Shown piece after piece: positions 7,747 through 17,349 of a DNA stretch of 64,000 bases (within the stretch, counting starts at the first letter, position 1; each line of letters opens with the position of its first letter). The stretch spans positions 2,667 to 66,666 of the forward strand of contig JBFXEM010000001.1 in assembly GCA_050180135.1 (NCBI GenBank), written 5' to 3'. A program made the translations under genes and the position numbers. The notes under the pieces are model-generated. The model worked only from the letters and a program-made list of their open reading frames with translations, was not told the DNA's origin and did not search any database. The stretch is from Solirubrobacterales bacterium. Lineage in GTDB: Bacteria > Actinomycetota > Thermoleophilia > Solirubrobacterales > 70-9.

Positions 7747-9390
7747 CTACCGAAGCCCCCGTGCGCAAAGAGAATCTGGCCTCGTTGGCACCATTGTCGT
7801 TCCGTCTGACGCCGCGGCCGGTCTGGCCGGTGTCCCCACCGAGGTCTCGTCACGCGGCACACGCCGAGCCGGAGGTTTTGGCCGGGGCGGAGCGGGCGGG
7901 CGGCGCAGGGCTACGGCCGACAGCACCGCGCTGACCGCCAGGAGTACGGCGCTCGCGAGCATCACCACGTGCAAGCCGGTGACGAACGCGTCGCTCGCCT
8001 CGGCGACCAGGGCATTGCCGACCGTCGCCGGCAGGCCAGCCGCCACGTCGACCGCCCGCCCGAGCGACTCGCCGGCGGCGTCCATCCCGGCCGCGCCGAC
8101 CCCGGACACCGGACCCAGCGCGCTGCTGTAGACGGCGGCGAGGATTGACCCGAGCACCGCGACCCCGAGGCCGCCGCCGAGCTCGTAGGCGGTCTCCTCG
8201 ATCGAGGCCGCGTTGCCCGCTCGATCCGCCGGGACCGCGGAGATGATCACGTCGTTGGCTGCGACCAGCGCAATCTCCAGGCCAAGCCCCAGGGCGACGA
8301 ACGGCAGCGCCAGCAACAGGTACTCGTCTTCGACCCCGAGCGCCAGCATCGGCAGCAGGGCTACGGTCGACAGCAGGAGCCCACCGCTGATCGTCGCCCG
8401 CGTGCCCAGCCGCCGCAGGAGCGGCGCCGCCAGCAGGCCGCCCGCGAGACCCGCGATCATCAGCGGCAGCAGGCGGACGCTGGCCGCCAGCGGCTCGAGG
8501 CCGAGCACGAGCTGGAAGTAGAGGGCGAAGAAAAGCTCCAAACCGACGAGCCCGAACATCGCCAGCAGCACGCAGCCGACGGCGATGGCGAAAGCGCGGT
8601 CGCCGAAGAGCCGCACGTCGAGCAGCGGCTCCGGCCGCGCCAGCTGGCGGCGCACGAACACCGTCAACGAGACCAGGGCCAGGGATAGCGCGACCAGAGC
8701 AGCGGGCTCGGCGAAGCCGTGGCGGGCGCCCTCCTTGATCCCGAATGCGAGTCCGAGGATGCCCACCCCGGAGAGGATCACCGCGGTCGTGTCCCACGGC
8801 GGCGGCTTGGCGGCGCGGCTCTCGGGCAGCAGCCTGAGGGCGATCGGCAGCACGATCAGCACCACCGGGACGTTGATCAGGAAGACGGCGCCCCACCACC
8901 AGTGTTCGACCAGGAAGCCGCCGACGAGGGGACCGATCGCGGCGCCGCCGGCCAGCGTCGCGCTCCAGATTCCGACCGCGGTGCGGCGCTCGTCGCGGTC
9001 CTCGAAAACGTTGCGGACGATCGACATCGTCGCCGGCAGGATCATCGCGCCACCGACGCCCATGACCGCACGGGCCCCGATCAGGACTGCGGGGGACCAG
9101 GCAAAGGCGGCGAGCACCGAGGCGAATCCGAAGACGACCAGGCCGGTGAGCAGCAGGCGCTTGCGGCCAAAGCGGTCGCCGAGCGCGCCCGAGGCGACGA
9201 GCAGCGGCGCGACCACGAGCGGGTAGACGTCGATGATCCACAGCAGCGCCACGGACGAGGGCTGCAGGTCCTCGGTCATCGCCGGGGCGGCGACGTGAAG
9301 CACCGTGACGTCGATTACGACGACGAGGACCGCGGCGCAGATCACGGCCAGCACCGTCCAGCGCCCGGCCGGGCGGGAGAGCGGACTCAT
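7747..9390 (-). CDS. MFS transporter, DHA2 (EmrB/QacA-like, 14-TM) drug:H+ antiporter family
   Basis: 'VIDVTVLHVAAPAM', 'GALGDRFGRKRLLLTGL', and many hydrophobic spans over ~480 aa, followed by a Pro/Arg-rich tail. The start overlaps the TetR stop (ATGA). Confidence 0.85.
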   Translation of the reverse strand: MSPLSRPAGRWTVLAVICAAVLVVVIDVTVLHVAAPAMTEDLQPSSVALLWIIDVYPLVVAPLLVASGALGDRFGRKRLLLTGLVVFGFASVLAAFAWSPAVLIGARAVMGVGGAMILPATMSIVRNVFEDRDERRTAVGIWSATLAGGAAIGPLVGGFLVEHWWWGAVFLINVPVVLIVLPIALRLLPESRAAKPPPWDTTAVILSGVGILGLAFGIKEGARHGFAEPAALVALSLALVSLTVFVRRQLARPEPLLDVRLFGDRAFAIAVGCVLLAMFGLVGLELFFALYFQLVLGLEPLAASVRLLPLMIAGLAGGLLAAPLLRRLGTRATISGGLLLSTVALLPMLALGVEDEYLLLALPFVALGLGLEIALVAANDVIISAVPADRAGNAASIEETAYELGGGLGVAVLGSILAAVYSSALGPVSGVGAAGMDAAGESLGRAVDVAAGLPATVGNALVAEASDAFVTGLHVVMLASAVLLAVSAVLSAVALRRPPAPPRPKPPARRVPRDETSVGTPARPAAASDGTTMVPTRPDSLCARGLR

Positions 9391-9953
9391 GGTCTCGCCG
9401 CGCCTTCGGAATGGCCGTGCGTGGCGATCCCCTCAAACACGGTGGCGCGAAGAAGGCGCCCCGCGTCGCGGCTGCCGACGAAGCCGTCGTCAACGGCCCA
9501 CCAGAGGGCGGTCAGCTGACCGCCGACCGAGCAGACGAGCCATCGCGGCGGCAGGTCCTGGCGAAAAACGCCGGCTGCCTGCCCGCGGGTGAAGTAGCGC
9601 TCGAAGCGCTGTTCCTGGGACGTGATCTCCTTGACCAGCTCGGTGTTCCGGTAGGCGCCGGGCTCGGCGAACAGCAGCGCGTAGGCCTTGCCGAGCCGCA
9701 GCGGCTCCGCGATCAGACCAGCGAAAGCGTCCAAGACCGGCGCGTCGTCGATGCCCGCCTCGTCGAAGAGTCGCTCGCAGTCGGCGAGGACGTGCTTGCT
9801 GATGCGCTCGACCAGCGCCGCCCGGTCTCCGAAGGTGCGGTGAAGCGTGGTCCGGCCGATGCCTGCAGCGGTCGCGATCTCCTGCATCGAAGAGCCGGGC
9901 TCACGGGCGAGGACACCCGCGACAGCGTCGACCAGGTTCGCTTCGTCGGACAT
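9387..9953 (-). CDS. TetR family transcriptional regulator
   Basis: ORF 9387..10043, start taken at ATG 9953. HTH 'SSMQEIATAAGIGRTTLHRTFGDRAAL'. Co-transcribed with the MFS gene. Confidence 0.85.
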   Translation of the reverse strand: MSDEANLVDAVAGVLAREPGSSMQEIATAAGIGRTTLHRTFGDRAALVERISKHVLADCERLFDEAGIDDAPVLDAFAGLIAEPLRLGKAYALLFAEPGAYRNTELVKEITSQEQRFERYFTRGQAAGVFRQDLPPRWLVCSVGGQLTALWWAVDDGFVGSRDAGRLLRATVFEGIATHGHSEGAARP

Positions 9954-9971
9954 GAACAGAAGTGTACTAGA

Positions 9972-9989
9972 TGGAACATCTATGTTCCA
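9972..9989. promoter_or_regulatory. perfect palindrome TGGAACAT-ct-ATGTTCCA, candidate TetR operator
   Basis: 8-bp arms, located 19 nt upstream of the TetR start in the TetR/ybaK-like divergent region. Confidence 0.4.
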
Positions 9990-10040
9990 GAGGCATCTCG
10001 ACCACCCGTTGGCGCGTTGGGTCGAGTCGGTCCTGTGTGT

Positions 10041-10063
10041 CATAGCGGGCTATGGCATATAGT
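10041..10063 (+). promoter_or_regulatory. CATAGC-gg-GCTATG palindrome plus TATAGT -10-like box just upstream of the YbaK-like gene
   Basis: catagcgggctatg at 10041-10054. TATAGT at 10058-10063, only 7 nt before GTG 10071, which implies a leaderless-type arrangement. Confidence 0.3.
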
Positions 10064-10070
10064 CCGGCCC

Positions 10071-10556
10071 GTGAGCGAATCGCTGCCGAGTTCAGTCCAG
10101 CGCGTGGCCCGAGCCTTGGAGGCCGCGGACCACCCATCCGCTATCGAGATCCTCGGCTCCAGCACCCACACCGCTCAAGAGGCCGCGGATGCGCTCGGTG
10201 TCGAGCAGCGGCAGATCCTGAAGTCGATGGTCTTCCGCGGCACGCCCAGCAACCGCCTGGTAGTCGTCATCGTTGGCGGCCATCGTCAGGTCGACCTCGC
10301 GCGGGTCGGCGAGGAGTTGGGCGAAGTGATCAAGCGAGCCGACCCCGACTGGGTTCAGCAGCGGACCGGCTACCCGATCGGCGGGATCCCCCCGCTCGCA
10401 CACGACACTCCCTCCACCGTCTTCATCGACCGCGAGGTGCTGGGCGAGGAGACCCTCTGGGCCGGCGCGGGAAGTGCCAACGCGATGTTCCGGACGAGCG
10501 GGACGAGCCTGGCCTTGCTCACGGGTGGCGTCGTCGCCGACGTCGCCAAGCGCTGA
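10071..10556 (+). CDS. YbaK/ProX-type aminoacyl-tRNA deacylase (trans-editing) domain protein, copy 1
   Basis: Distal part of ORF 9411..10556, start taken at GTG 10071. 'THTAQEAADALGVEQRQILKSMVF...VVVIVGGHRQVDLARV...TGYPIGGIPPLAH...LWAGAGS'. Paralog of 29421..29921. Confidence 0.7.
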   Translation: MSESLPSSVQRVARALEAADHPSAIEILGSSTHTAQEAADALGVEQRQILKSMVFRGTPSNRLVVVIVGGHRQVDLARVGEELGEVIKRADPDWVQQRTGYPIGGIPPLAHDTPSTVFIDREVLGEETLWAGAGSANAMFRTSGTSLALLTGGVVADVAKR

Positions 10557-10580
10557 GCCGAGGCGCGCCCCGCCCCAGCC

Positions 10581-12332
10581 CTACCCGGCCGCCTTCCGGA
10601 GCTCAGCCGTCTCGTCCCCTCGCACCGCCTGCGCCTCGACGTCGACGGCGACGCCGTAGATCTCGCGTGCTTCATCGGCAGTGATCAGGTCGTCGAGGAC
10701 GTCGTCGAGCACCCGCTGCGGATCGCGCGCCAACGGCGAGCCGACACCGCCGCCGTTCGGCGAGACGATGCGAAGCACCCGGCCCTTCGGGATCACCCGA
10801 CCCGGCTGCTTCGAGCTCAGCCGCTCGCGGCGATCCGGGTCCTCGAAGTCGAGGGCCATTTCGCTCGGCGCTCCGGAGAGACCGCCATCCATTCCCCAGG
10901 GAGCGTGCAGCTGACCGTCCGCCTCGCTGGAGAAGAACCCGTCGCTGAGGTAACGGTACTCGCGCACGCCACCCTTGCCACCGCGGAACTCCCCGTGCCC
11001 CGGAGGGTTCGCATTCAGCTGCCACTGCACACAGCGCAGCGGGAACTCGGTCTCGATCTCCTCGATCGGGGCGCAGCGGGTGTTGGCGAAGAGGGTGTCG
11101 ACGGCGTCCATCCCGTCCCTCCCCCAGGTGGCGCCGTAGCTGCCCTCGTGGATGTCCATGTGGATCCAGTACTTCTCGTCCACCACGCCGCTGTAGCTGA
11201 GCACGGCGAGCGCCCCGGTGCCGGCGCAACAGAGCTCCGGAACGACCTCGGAGAACGCTTTGACCAGGGTGTCCGCGAGCGTCAGCGCCGGCAGGACGCG
11301 GGCGATCGTGGGCGCCGGGAAGGTCGGGTTGACCATCGTCCCCTTCGGCGCGATGACCTCGATCGGCCGCATCAGGCCACGATTCTGCGGTACCGCCTCG
11401 TGGTCCCAAGTGTCGATCAGAACCGAGCGGACCACGGTGAAGATGGCGCACATCACCGTCCCCTGCAGCGGCATGTTCAACGGCAGGTCATCCAGCTGCG
11501 GCGAGGTTCCGGTGAGGTCGACCTCGATCGAGTCGCCCTTGATCCGCAAGGTGACGGCGAACCGCAGGTTCTTGCTCGCGGGGTCGTCGCGCTCGTCGAA
11601 ACCGTCGGCGAATCCCTCGGCGAAGTACTCGCCATCCGGGACCTTCGCGATCTCGGCGCGCAGCACCCGCTCGGAGTAATCCTCGAACCACTTCTGGGTG
11701 GCGAAGACCTCGTCCTTGCCGACCTCGTCGATCAGCGACAGCAACCGCCGGGCGCCGAGCTCGCAGGCGGCGATCTGCGCCTGCATGTCTCCGACGACGA
11801 TGTCCGGGATGCGAACGTTGTCTTCGATCATCTCCCAGAGCACCGCATTGTCCTCACCCTCGCTGCGGATCTTCAGGGCGCGGAGACGAAGCCCGCAGGC
11901 CCAGTCGTCGACCGCGTCGATCACCGACGTGCCGGGCTTGGAGCAGCCGATCTCGAGGTGGTGCGCGGTCGTGCACGACCAGCCGATCAACTCGTCATCG
12001 CGGAAGATCGGCGCGAAGAAGCCGATGTCCGGCGAGTGCGACGCGCCGCGGTAGGGGTCGTTGTGGATGAAGACGTCTCCGGGTCGGATCGTGTCGCCAC
12101 GTTCCTCGACGGTCTTCAGCACACCCTGCACGTACCAAGGGATCGCCCCCATCTGAAAGGGCGTCGTGTCGGCCTCGCAGAGCTGCCAGCCGTCTTTGTC
12201 GGTCAGCGCGGCGCCGATGTCCTCGGATTCCTTGATGATGATCGAGAAGCCCATGCGGATGAGTTTGCGGCTCATCTCGAGGGCGATCTGGTTGAGGCGA
12301 CCCTGGACGACCTGTGCGGTGATGGGATCCAT
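10581..12332 (-). CDS. hyuB: hydantoinase B/oxoprolinase family subunit (HyuB-like), copy A
   Basis: The real start, 'MDPITAQVVQGRLNQIALEMSRKLIRMGFSIIIKESEDIGAALTD', is at ATG 12332 after AAGGAG. Colinear with 40204..41949. Confidence 0.9.
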   Translation of the reverse strand: MDPITAQVVQGRLNQIALEMSRKLIRMGFSIIIKESEDIGAALTDKDGWQLCEADTTPFQMGAIPWYVQGVLKTVEERGDTIRPGDVFIHNDPYRGASHSPDIGFFAPIFRDDELIGWSCTTAHHLEIGCSKPGTSVIDAVDDWACGLRLRALKIRSEGEDNAVLWEMIEDNVRIPDIVVGDMQAQIAACELGARRLLSLIDEVGKDEVFATQKWFEDYSERVLRAEIAKVPDGEYFAEGFADGFDERDDPASKNLRFAVTLRIKGDSIEVDLTGTSPQLDDLPLNMPLQGTVMCAIFTVVRSVLIDTWDHEAVPQNRGLMRPIEVIAPKGTMVNPTFPAPTIARVLPALTLADTLVKAFSEVVPELCCAGTGALAVLSYSGVVDEKYWIHMDIHEGSYGATWGRDGMDAVDTLFANTRCAPIEEIETEFPLRCVQWQLNANPPGHGEFRGGKGGVREYRYLSDGFFSSEADGQLHAPWGMDGGLSGAPSEMALDFEDPDRRERLSSKQPGRVIPKGRVLRIVSPNGGGVGSPLARDPQRVLDDVLDDLITADEAREIYGVAVDVEAQAVRGDETAELRKAAG

Positions 12333-12343
12333 TGCTAGCTCCT

Positions 12344-14419
12344 TCAGGCGGATGCGCCCGCAGCGGGCGGAATCTCGATGACAAGGTTGTTGCTGGGGTC
12401 TCGTTCGACCGTGCAATCGGGCGGCACGAGGGTGGTCGAGTCGACCTGGGTGACGATCGCCGGCCCCGGCACCCGCTCGCCGACCGGCAGCTTTTCGTGG
12501 GCGTAGACGGACACGTCGACGGTGGACACGCCGTCCCCGGAGTCGAAGCTCGCGGAGGTGTCGCCGACGTGCGCCTCTTCGACGCTGCCACCCGAGACGG
12601 TTGGGGCGCTCAGCCTCGGCAGGCGGCCGGTACCGGTCAGGCGCAGGTTGACGAAGGCGATGCCCATGTCCGTGAACGCGTGGCCGAACTCCTTGCGATG
12701 GGTCTCGTGGAAGTCCTCGCTGAGGCCGGCGATCGTCTCCGCGTCGATCCGACGGGACTGAAGTGGGACTTTGAGCTCGTAGCTCTGCCCCTGGTACCGC
12801 AGGTCGGCGGCCCACTCGATCGTGATGTCCTCATCAGCGATCCCGTCTTCCCTCAGGCGTTCGCGCATCACCTCCTCTTCCGCCTCGTAGCGCCGGCCGA
12901 GCTCCTCCGGGTCGACGCCCGCCAACGGCTGCAAGTAGGACTGGGTCACGTCGTAGCGCAGGTCGGTCGTAAGCAGACCGCTTGCCGAGGTGACGCCGGG
13001 GTGCTCGGGGATGAGCACGCGGGTGATCCCCAGCAGGCGTGCGACCTCTGCCGTCTGCAGCGGACCGCCGCCGCCAAAGCCCGCGAGCAGGAAGTCACGC
13101 GGATCGAGACCACGCTCGATCGTCTTCGTGCGCAGCGCGGCCGCCATGCTCTCGTTGACGACGCGGATGATGCCCGCCGCCGTCTCCAGCAGCCCGAGGC
13201 CGAGCTTCTCGGCGACCGCGCCGACCGCCTGCTCGGCAAGGTCGGGCCGCAGCTCCAAGCCGCCGGCGAGCTCGGAGGGAAGGCGCCCGAGGACGACGTT
13301 GGCGTCGGTCACGGTGGGCTCCGTCCCGCCACGCCCGTATGCGGCCGGCCCCGGTCGAGCGCCGGCGCTGCGCGGACCGACATGCAGACCGCCGGCCTCG
13401 TCGACGTACGCGACGCTGCCGCCGCCGGCGCCGATCGTCTCGATGTCGATCATCGGCACCATGATCGGATAGCCCGCGATCCAGGTATCGCGGGAGCGCG
13501 CCTCGACCAGCCCGCGTTCCGCGACGATCCCGATGTCGGCGCTGGTCCCACCGACGTCGAGCGTCGCCAGGTACTGCTTGTCGCCGCCGGAGGCCCAGAT
13601 CCCGCCCATGACCCCGCCGACCGGTCCCGACAACAGCAAGGTCACCGGCCGCTCCATCGCCGCTTCCGGCTTGGCCGTGCCGCCGTTGGACTGCATCACG
13701 TAGAGCACGTCCTCGGCGCCGATCTCGCGCAGGCGATCGTCGAGACGGCCGATGTAGGAGCGAGTGTCCGGACCGACGAACGCGTTCACCGCGGTGGTCG
13801 TGAAGCGCTCGAACTCGCGGAACTGGGGCACGACGCCGCTCGACGTGCAGACGAAGGCATCGGGCATGACCTTGCGGACGATCGCCGCCGCCTCGTCCTC
13901 GTGGTCGGGGTTCAGGTAGGAGAAGAGGAAGCAGATGGCGACCGAGTCGACTCCTTCGGCGGCGAGCTCGCGGGCGGCGTTGGCGACGGCCTCGCGGTCG
14001 AGTTCCTCGACCACCTCGCCCGAGGGCGGAACCATCCGCTGGGGAACTGGCCGGCGATGGCGTCGGCGGACCAGCGGCCGGGCCTGCCAGGGAATCTCCT
14101 GGCGGATCGAGTAGCTCATCGGGCGCTGGTGACGACCGATGTGGGTGACGTCGCGGAAGCCCTCGGTGGTGATCATCCCGACGGTCGCGCCGTTGAACTC
14201 GAGGATCGCGTTGGTGGCCACGGTCGTCCCGTGGATCAGCAGACCGATGTCCGCCGGAGCGCACCCGGCCTTGGCGGTGATTTCCTCGGTGCCACCGGCG
14301 ATCGTCGCGGCCGTGTCCTCGCCACTGGAAATCTTCAGAACCCACGACTCCAGGGTTTCGGTGTCGTGAAGTATGAAGTCGGTGAAGGTTCCACCGACGT
14401 CGATACCGAGTAGCTTCAT
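12344..14419 (-). CDS. hyuA: hydantoinase A/oxoprolinase family subunit (HyuA-like), copy A
   Basis: 'MKLLGIDVGGTFTDFILHD', 'DVGGTSADIGIV'. 691 aa. The start abuts the M20 stop (TAGATG). Confidence 0.9.
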   Translation of the reverse strand: MKLLGIDVGGTFTDFILHDTETLESWVLKISSGEDTAATIAGGTEEITAKAGCAPADIGLLIHGTTVATNAILEFNGATVGMITTEGFRDVTHIGRHQRPMSYSIRQEIPWQARPLVRRRHRRPVPQRMVPPSGEVVEELDREAVANAARELAAEGVDSVAICFLFSYLNPDHEDEAAAIVRKVMPDAFVCTSSGVVPQFREFERFTTTAVNAFVGPDTRSYIGRLDDRLREIGAEDVLYVMQSNGGTAKPEAAMERPVTLLLSGPVGGVMGGIWASGGDKQYLATLDVGGTSADIGIVAERGLVEARSRDTWIAGYPIMVPMIDIETIGAGGGSVAYVDEAGGLHVGPRSAGARPGPAAYGRGGTEPTVTDANVVLGRLPSELAGGLELRPDLAEQAVGAVAEKLGLGLLETAAGIIRVVNESMAAALRTKTIERGLDPRDFLLAGFGGGGPLQTAEVARLLGITRVLIPEHPGVTSASGLLTTDLRYDVTQSYLQPLAGVDPEELGRRYEAEEEVMRERLREDGIADEDITIEWAADLRYQGQSYELKVPLQSRRIDAETIAGLSEDFHETHRKEFGHAFTDMGIAFVNLRLTGTGRLPRLSAPTVSGGSVEEAHVGDTSASFDSGDGVSTVDVSVYAHEKLPVGERVPGPAIVTQVDSTTLVPPDCTVERDPSNNLVIEIPPAAGASA

Positions 14420-15766
14420 CTACGCGCTCCTAGCCTGTTTGCGGTCTTGACTTTCTGAGCCGGACGCGAGCGAGAGCAGCGCGTTCAGCATGATCTCCAC
14501 GCCGAGAGCCGCGTCTGCGGTCTCTGCGTGCTCGAGCGGCGAGTGACTGATGCCGTCCCGACAGGGGACGAAGACCATCGCGCCGGGGACGTTCCTGGCG
14601 ATGTGCATCGAGTCGTGGCACGACCCGGACCTCATGGTCATGTGGCGCACGCCTGCTTGGCCAGCCGCCGCATCGAGTGCGGCAATCACAGTGTCGTCCA
14701 TCGGCGTGGGCATCACCCGGAAGCGCTCGGAGTGCTCGATCTGCAGGCCGTGTGCCGACGCCGAAGCCTCGGCATCGGCAAGGGCCCGCCCGATGATCTC
14801 GTCGATCTCGTCGCTGTCGGGCCCGCGAACGTCGAGGGAGAGACGCGCGGCACCGGGCACGACATTGATCAGACCGGGGTCGAGCTCGTACTCGCCGACC
14901 GTCGCCACCACGCCGGAGAGACTGGCCTTCGCAAGGTCGAAGATGTTCACCGTCAGCCGAGCCGCCTCGGCACCGGCGTCCCGGCGGATGTCCATCGGCG
15001 TACTCCCGGCGTGATCCGCGCTGCCGGTGAAGCGGACGTCGGCATGCACGATGCCGACGATCGCGTCGACGATTCCGATCGGAGTCTCGGCGTCCTGCAG
15101 CAGCCGCCCTTGCTCGATGTGAAGCTCCATCCATCCGAGCATCTGGTCGAGGGCGTTACCGCACTCGCGCCAGCGGGCGGGCTCGAACCCTGCGGCTTCC
15201 GCATGCGCCCAGAAAGGCTCCCCGTCGTCGAGGGCAGGCAGGCTCCGCAGCAGCTCCTCCGTCGTCGCCTGCGCGATGATCGCCGAACCGAGCATGGTGT
15301 GGCCGAACCCCGACCCCTCCTCCTCGATCGGGACGACGACCTGCAGCGGCAGGTCCAACCCCAGCTCGGACTCGAGCCGGCAGAGCTCGAGCGCGGCGAC
15401 CACGCCGAGCGTGCCGTCGTATTTGCCGCCGTTGCGGTTGGAGTCGCAGTGCGATCCAATGCCGAAGGTCGGGACCCCGTCTGGCCGGTTGCGGGCAATC
15501 AGATTCCCGACCGGGTCCAAGCTCGCCCGGTAGCCGAGTTGCTCGAGCGCCTCGGCGAAGAAGCGAACGGTATTCGCGTACTCGGGGGTGTAGGAGTAGC
15601 GGCTGATCGCGGTCGAGGAGCGGGTGTAGTCCGGTCCGCTCACCGTCTCGAGGTCAGCTTCGATGCGCCGCGCGCTCGAGGCCCGATCGATGGTTACCGC
15701 CAAGTCTGCGCCTCCCTGGTTCGAGATTCCACGATTTGGTTCTTTGTCTGCTTGGCCCATTTGCAT
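14420..15766 (-). CDS. M20 Zn-amidohydrolase, N-carbamoyl-amino-acid / allantoate amidohydrolase family, copy A
   Basis: 'GIGSHCDSNRNGGKYDGTLGVVAALE' matches the AmaB/AllC-type metal motif. ATG 15766 overlaps the upstream TGA by 1 nt. Confidence 0.85.
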   Translation of the reverse strand: MQMGQADKEPNRGISNQGGADLAVTIDRASSARRIEADLETVSGPDYTRSSTAISRYSYTPEYANTVRFFAEALEQLGYRASLDPVGNLIARNRPDGVPTFGIGSHCDSNRNGGKYDGTLGVVAALELCRLESELGLDLPLQVVVPIEEEGSGFGHTMLGSAIIAQATTEELLRSLPALDDGEPFWAHAEAAGFEPARWRECGNALDQMLGWMELHIEQGRLLQDAETPIGIVDAIVGIVHADVRFTGSADHAGSTPMDIRRDAGAEAARLTVNIFDLAKASLSGVVATVGEYELDPGLINVVPGAARLSLDVRGPDSDEIDEIIGRALADAEASASAHGLQIEHSERFRVMPTPMDDTVIAALDAAAGQAGVRHMTMRSGSCHDSMHIARNVPGAMVFVPCRDGISHSPLEHAETADAALGVEIMLNALLSLASGSESQDRKQARSA

Positions 15767-17349
15767 CAACCCATGTACGCCTGCTCGACGATCCGGTCAG
15801 CGCTGAGGTCCTCGCGTCGCAACTCGGTGACTAGACGGCCGTCGCGGATGACCAGTACCCGGTCGCAGAGATGCGCCAGGTCCTCGTACTCAACGCTGGC
15901 GACCAGGACCGCCATACCGCGCTCGCTGGCGCGCTCGACCTCGGCGAAGATCTGCTGGCGGGCGCCGATGTCCACGCCCTGAGTCGGCTCGTGGAGGATC
16001 ATCACCGCGGGTTCGGTCTCGAACCACTTCGCGACCAGGATCTTCTGCTGGTTGCCACCGCTGAACGTCGAGAAGCTCGCCTCCGGAAGCGGCGGTCGCA
16101 CGTCGAACTCCTCAAACAGTTCGGCCGCGCGAGCGCGCTCCTCGCGATGGCGCAGCCGCCATCCCCGGAAGTAGCGCATCAAGGTGGGCAGCGACAGGTT
16201 CTCGAGGCCGGTCGCCTCACCGACACCGCCGCGGATGGCGCGGTCGGCCGGGAGCAACGCCAGGCCCTGGCGCAGCGCCGCGCCGGGCTTCAGGCCTGAG
16301 ATCTCGGTTTTGCGGCCAAGGATCTCCACCGACCCCGTCGCCGGCTCAGCTCCGACGAGCACGTAGGGAAGTTCCTCGAACCCCATCCCGACCAGTCCCG
16401 TCACGCCAAGGATTTCTCCGCGGCGAAGCGTGAACGAGATGTCCTTCAGCAGCTGACCCGAGGCGCCCTCGACCTCCAGGACGGTCTCGCCCTTCTCGCT
16501 GTGGTGCTCGGGGTAGAGCTGGCCCATCTGCCGCCCCAGGATCTGGCTGATCAGGCCCGCGGGATCCATGTCCGCGGCGTCCGAGGTCGCCACCCGGCGA
16601 CCTTCACGCAGGACCGTGACCTTGTCGGCATGGTCGGTGACCTCGTCGAGGCGGTGGGTGACCATCAACACGGCGTGGCCCTCGGAGGTGGCTCGACGCA
16701 CGGATACGAACAGCTCTTTGACGGCGTCCCGGGGCAGGTACACCGTGGTCTCGTCGAGGACGAGCAGGCCCTGCTCGACGTGGCTCAGGCCTTCGAGCGC
16801 CCGCACGATCGCGACGATCGCCCGATCGGCATGGGAGAGCGACTCGATCGTCGCGTCGGGATCGGCCTCGAAGCCGAATCTCTCCATGTGCTCGCGCAGG
16901 TTGCGACGTTCACGGCCCCATGGGATGCGCCAGAGACCGGTGGTTTCGTAGCGGCCAACGCGGAGGTTCTCGAGCACAGTGAGCGAGGGCACGAGGCCGA
17001 GGTCCTGATGGACGAAGGCAAACCCCAGGCCACGCGAATCGGTTGCACGAACCGGCAGCTCGTAGGGCTCCCCGCGAACCAGCATCTCGCCGGCGGGCTC
17101 GGGGCGGTGGTAGCCCGTGAGCACCTTGATGAAGGTCGACTTCCCCGAGCCGTTTTGGCCGAGCAGCGCGTGGACCTCGCCGCCGAGCAGGTCGACCGAG
17201 AACTCGTCGAGAACCTTGCGGGCCCCGAACGACTTCGAGAGCCCGCGCACCTGCACCACGGGCGGGCCCGCCACCGCCGCATCGGCGGTGGATACTCCCG
17301 AGCCTTGCGGCTCGGGAGTATCTTCGCTCGTGCTTATTCGACCTGCCAT
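15766..17349 (-). CDS. ABC transporter ATP-binding protein, duplicated-ATPase CUT2 (RbsA/MglA-like) type, copy A
   Basis: Walker A 'GQNGSGKST', second-domain signature 'FSGGNQQKILVAKW'. ATG 17349 is chosen by alignment with copy B. 16-nt overlap with the SBP gene. Confidence 0.9.
   Translation of the reverse strand: MAGRISTSEDTPEPQGSGVSTADAAVAGPPVVQVRGLSKSFGARKVLDEFSVDLLGGEVHALLGQNGSGKSTFIKVLTGYHRPEPAGEMLVRGEPYELPVRATDSRGLGFAFVHQDLGLVPSLTVLENLRVGRYETTGLWRIPWGRERRNLREHMERFGFEADPDATIESLSHADRAIVAIVRALEGLSHVEQGLLVLDETTVYLPRDAVKELFVSVRRATSEGHAVLMVTHRLDEVTDHADKVTVLREGRRVATSDAADMDPAGLISQILGRQMGQLYPEHHSEKGETVLEVEGASGQLLKDISFTLRRGEILGVTGLVGMGFEELPYVLVGAEPATGSVEILGRKTEISGLKPGAALRQGLALLPADRAIRGGVGEATGLENLSLPTLMRYFRGWRLRHREERARAAELFEEFDVRPPLPEASFSTFSGGNQQKILVAKWFETEPAVMILHEPTQGVDIGARQQIFAEVERASERGMAVLVASVEYEDLAHLCDRVLVIRDGRLVTELRREDLSADRIVEQAYMG

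Noticed and set aside
10581-14419. Interpreting HyuA/HyuB as acetone carboxylase, which would consume the acetone made by DgdA.
   Set aside because: No gamma-subunit gene is present. The subunit sizes and the adjacent M20 carbamoylase-type amidohydrolase fit the hydantoinase/oxoprolinase/lactamase branch better. This cannot be excluded without phylogeny.
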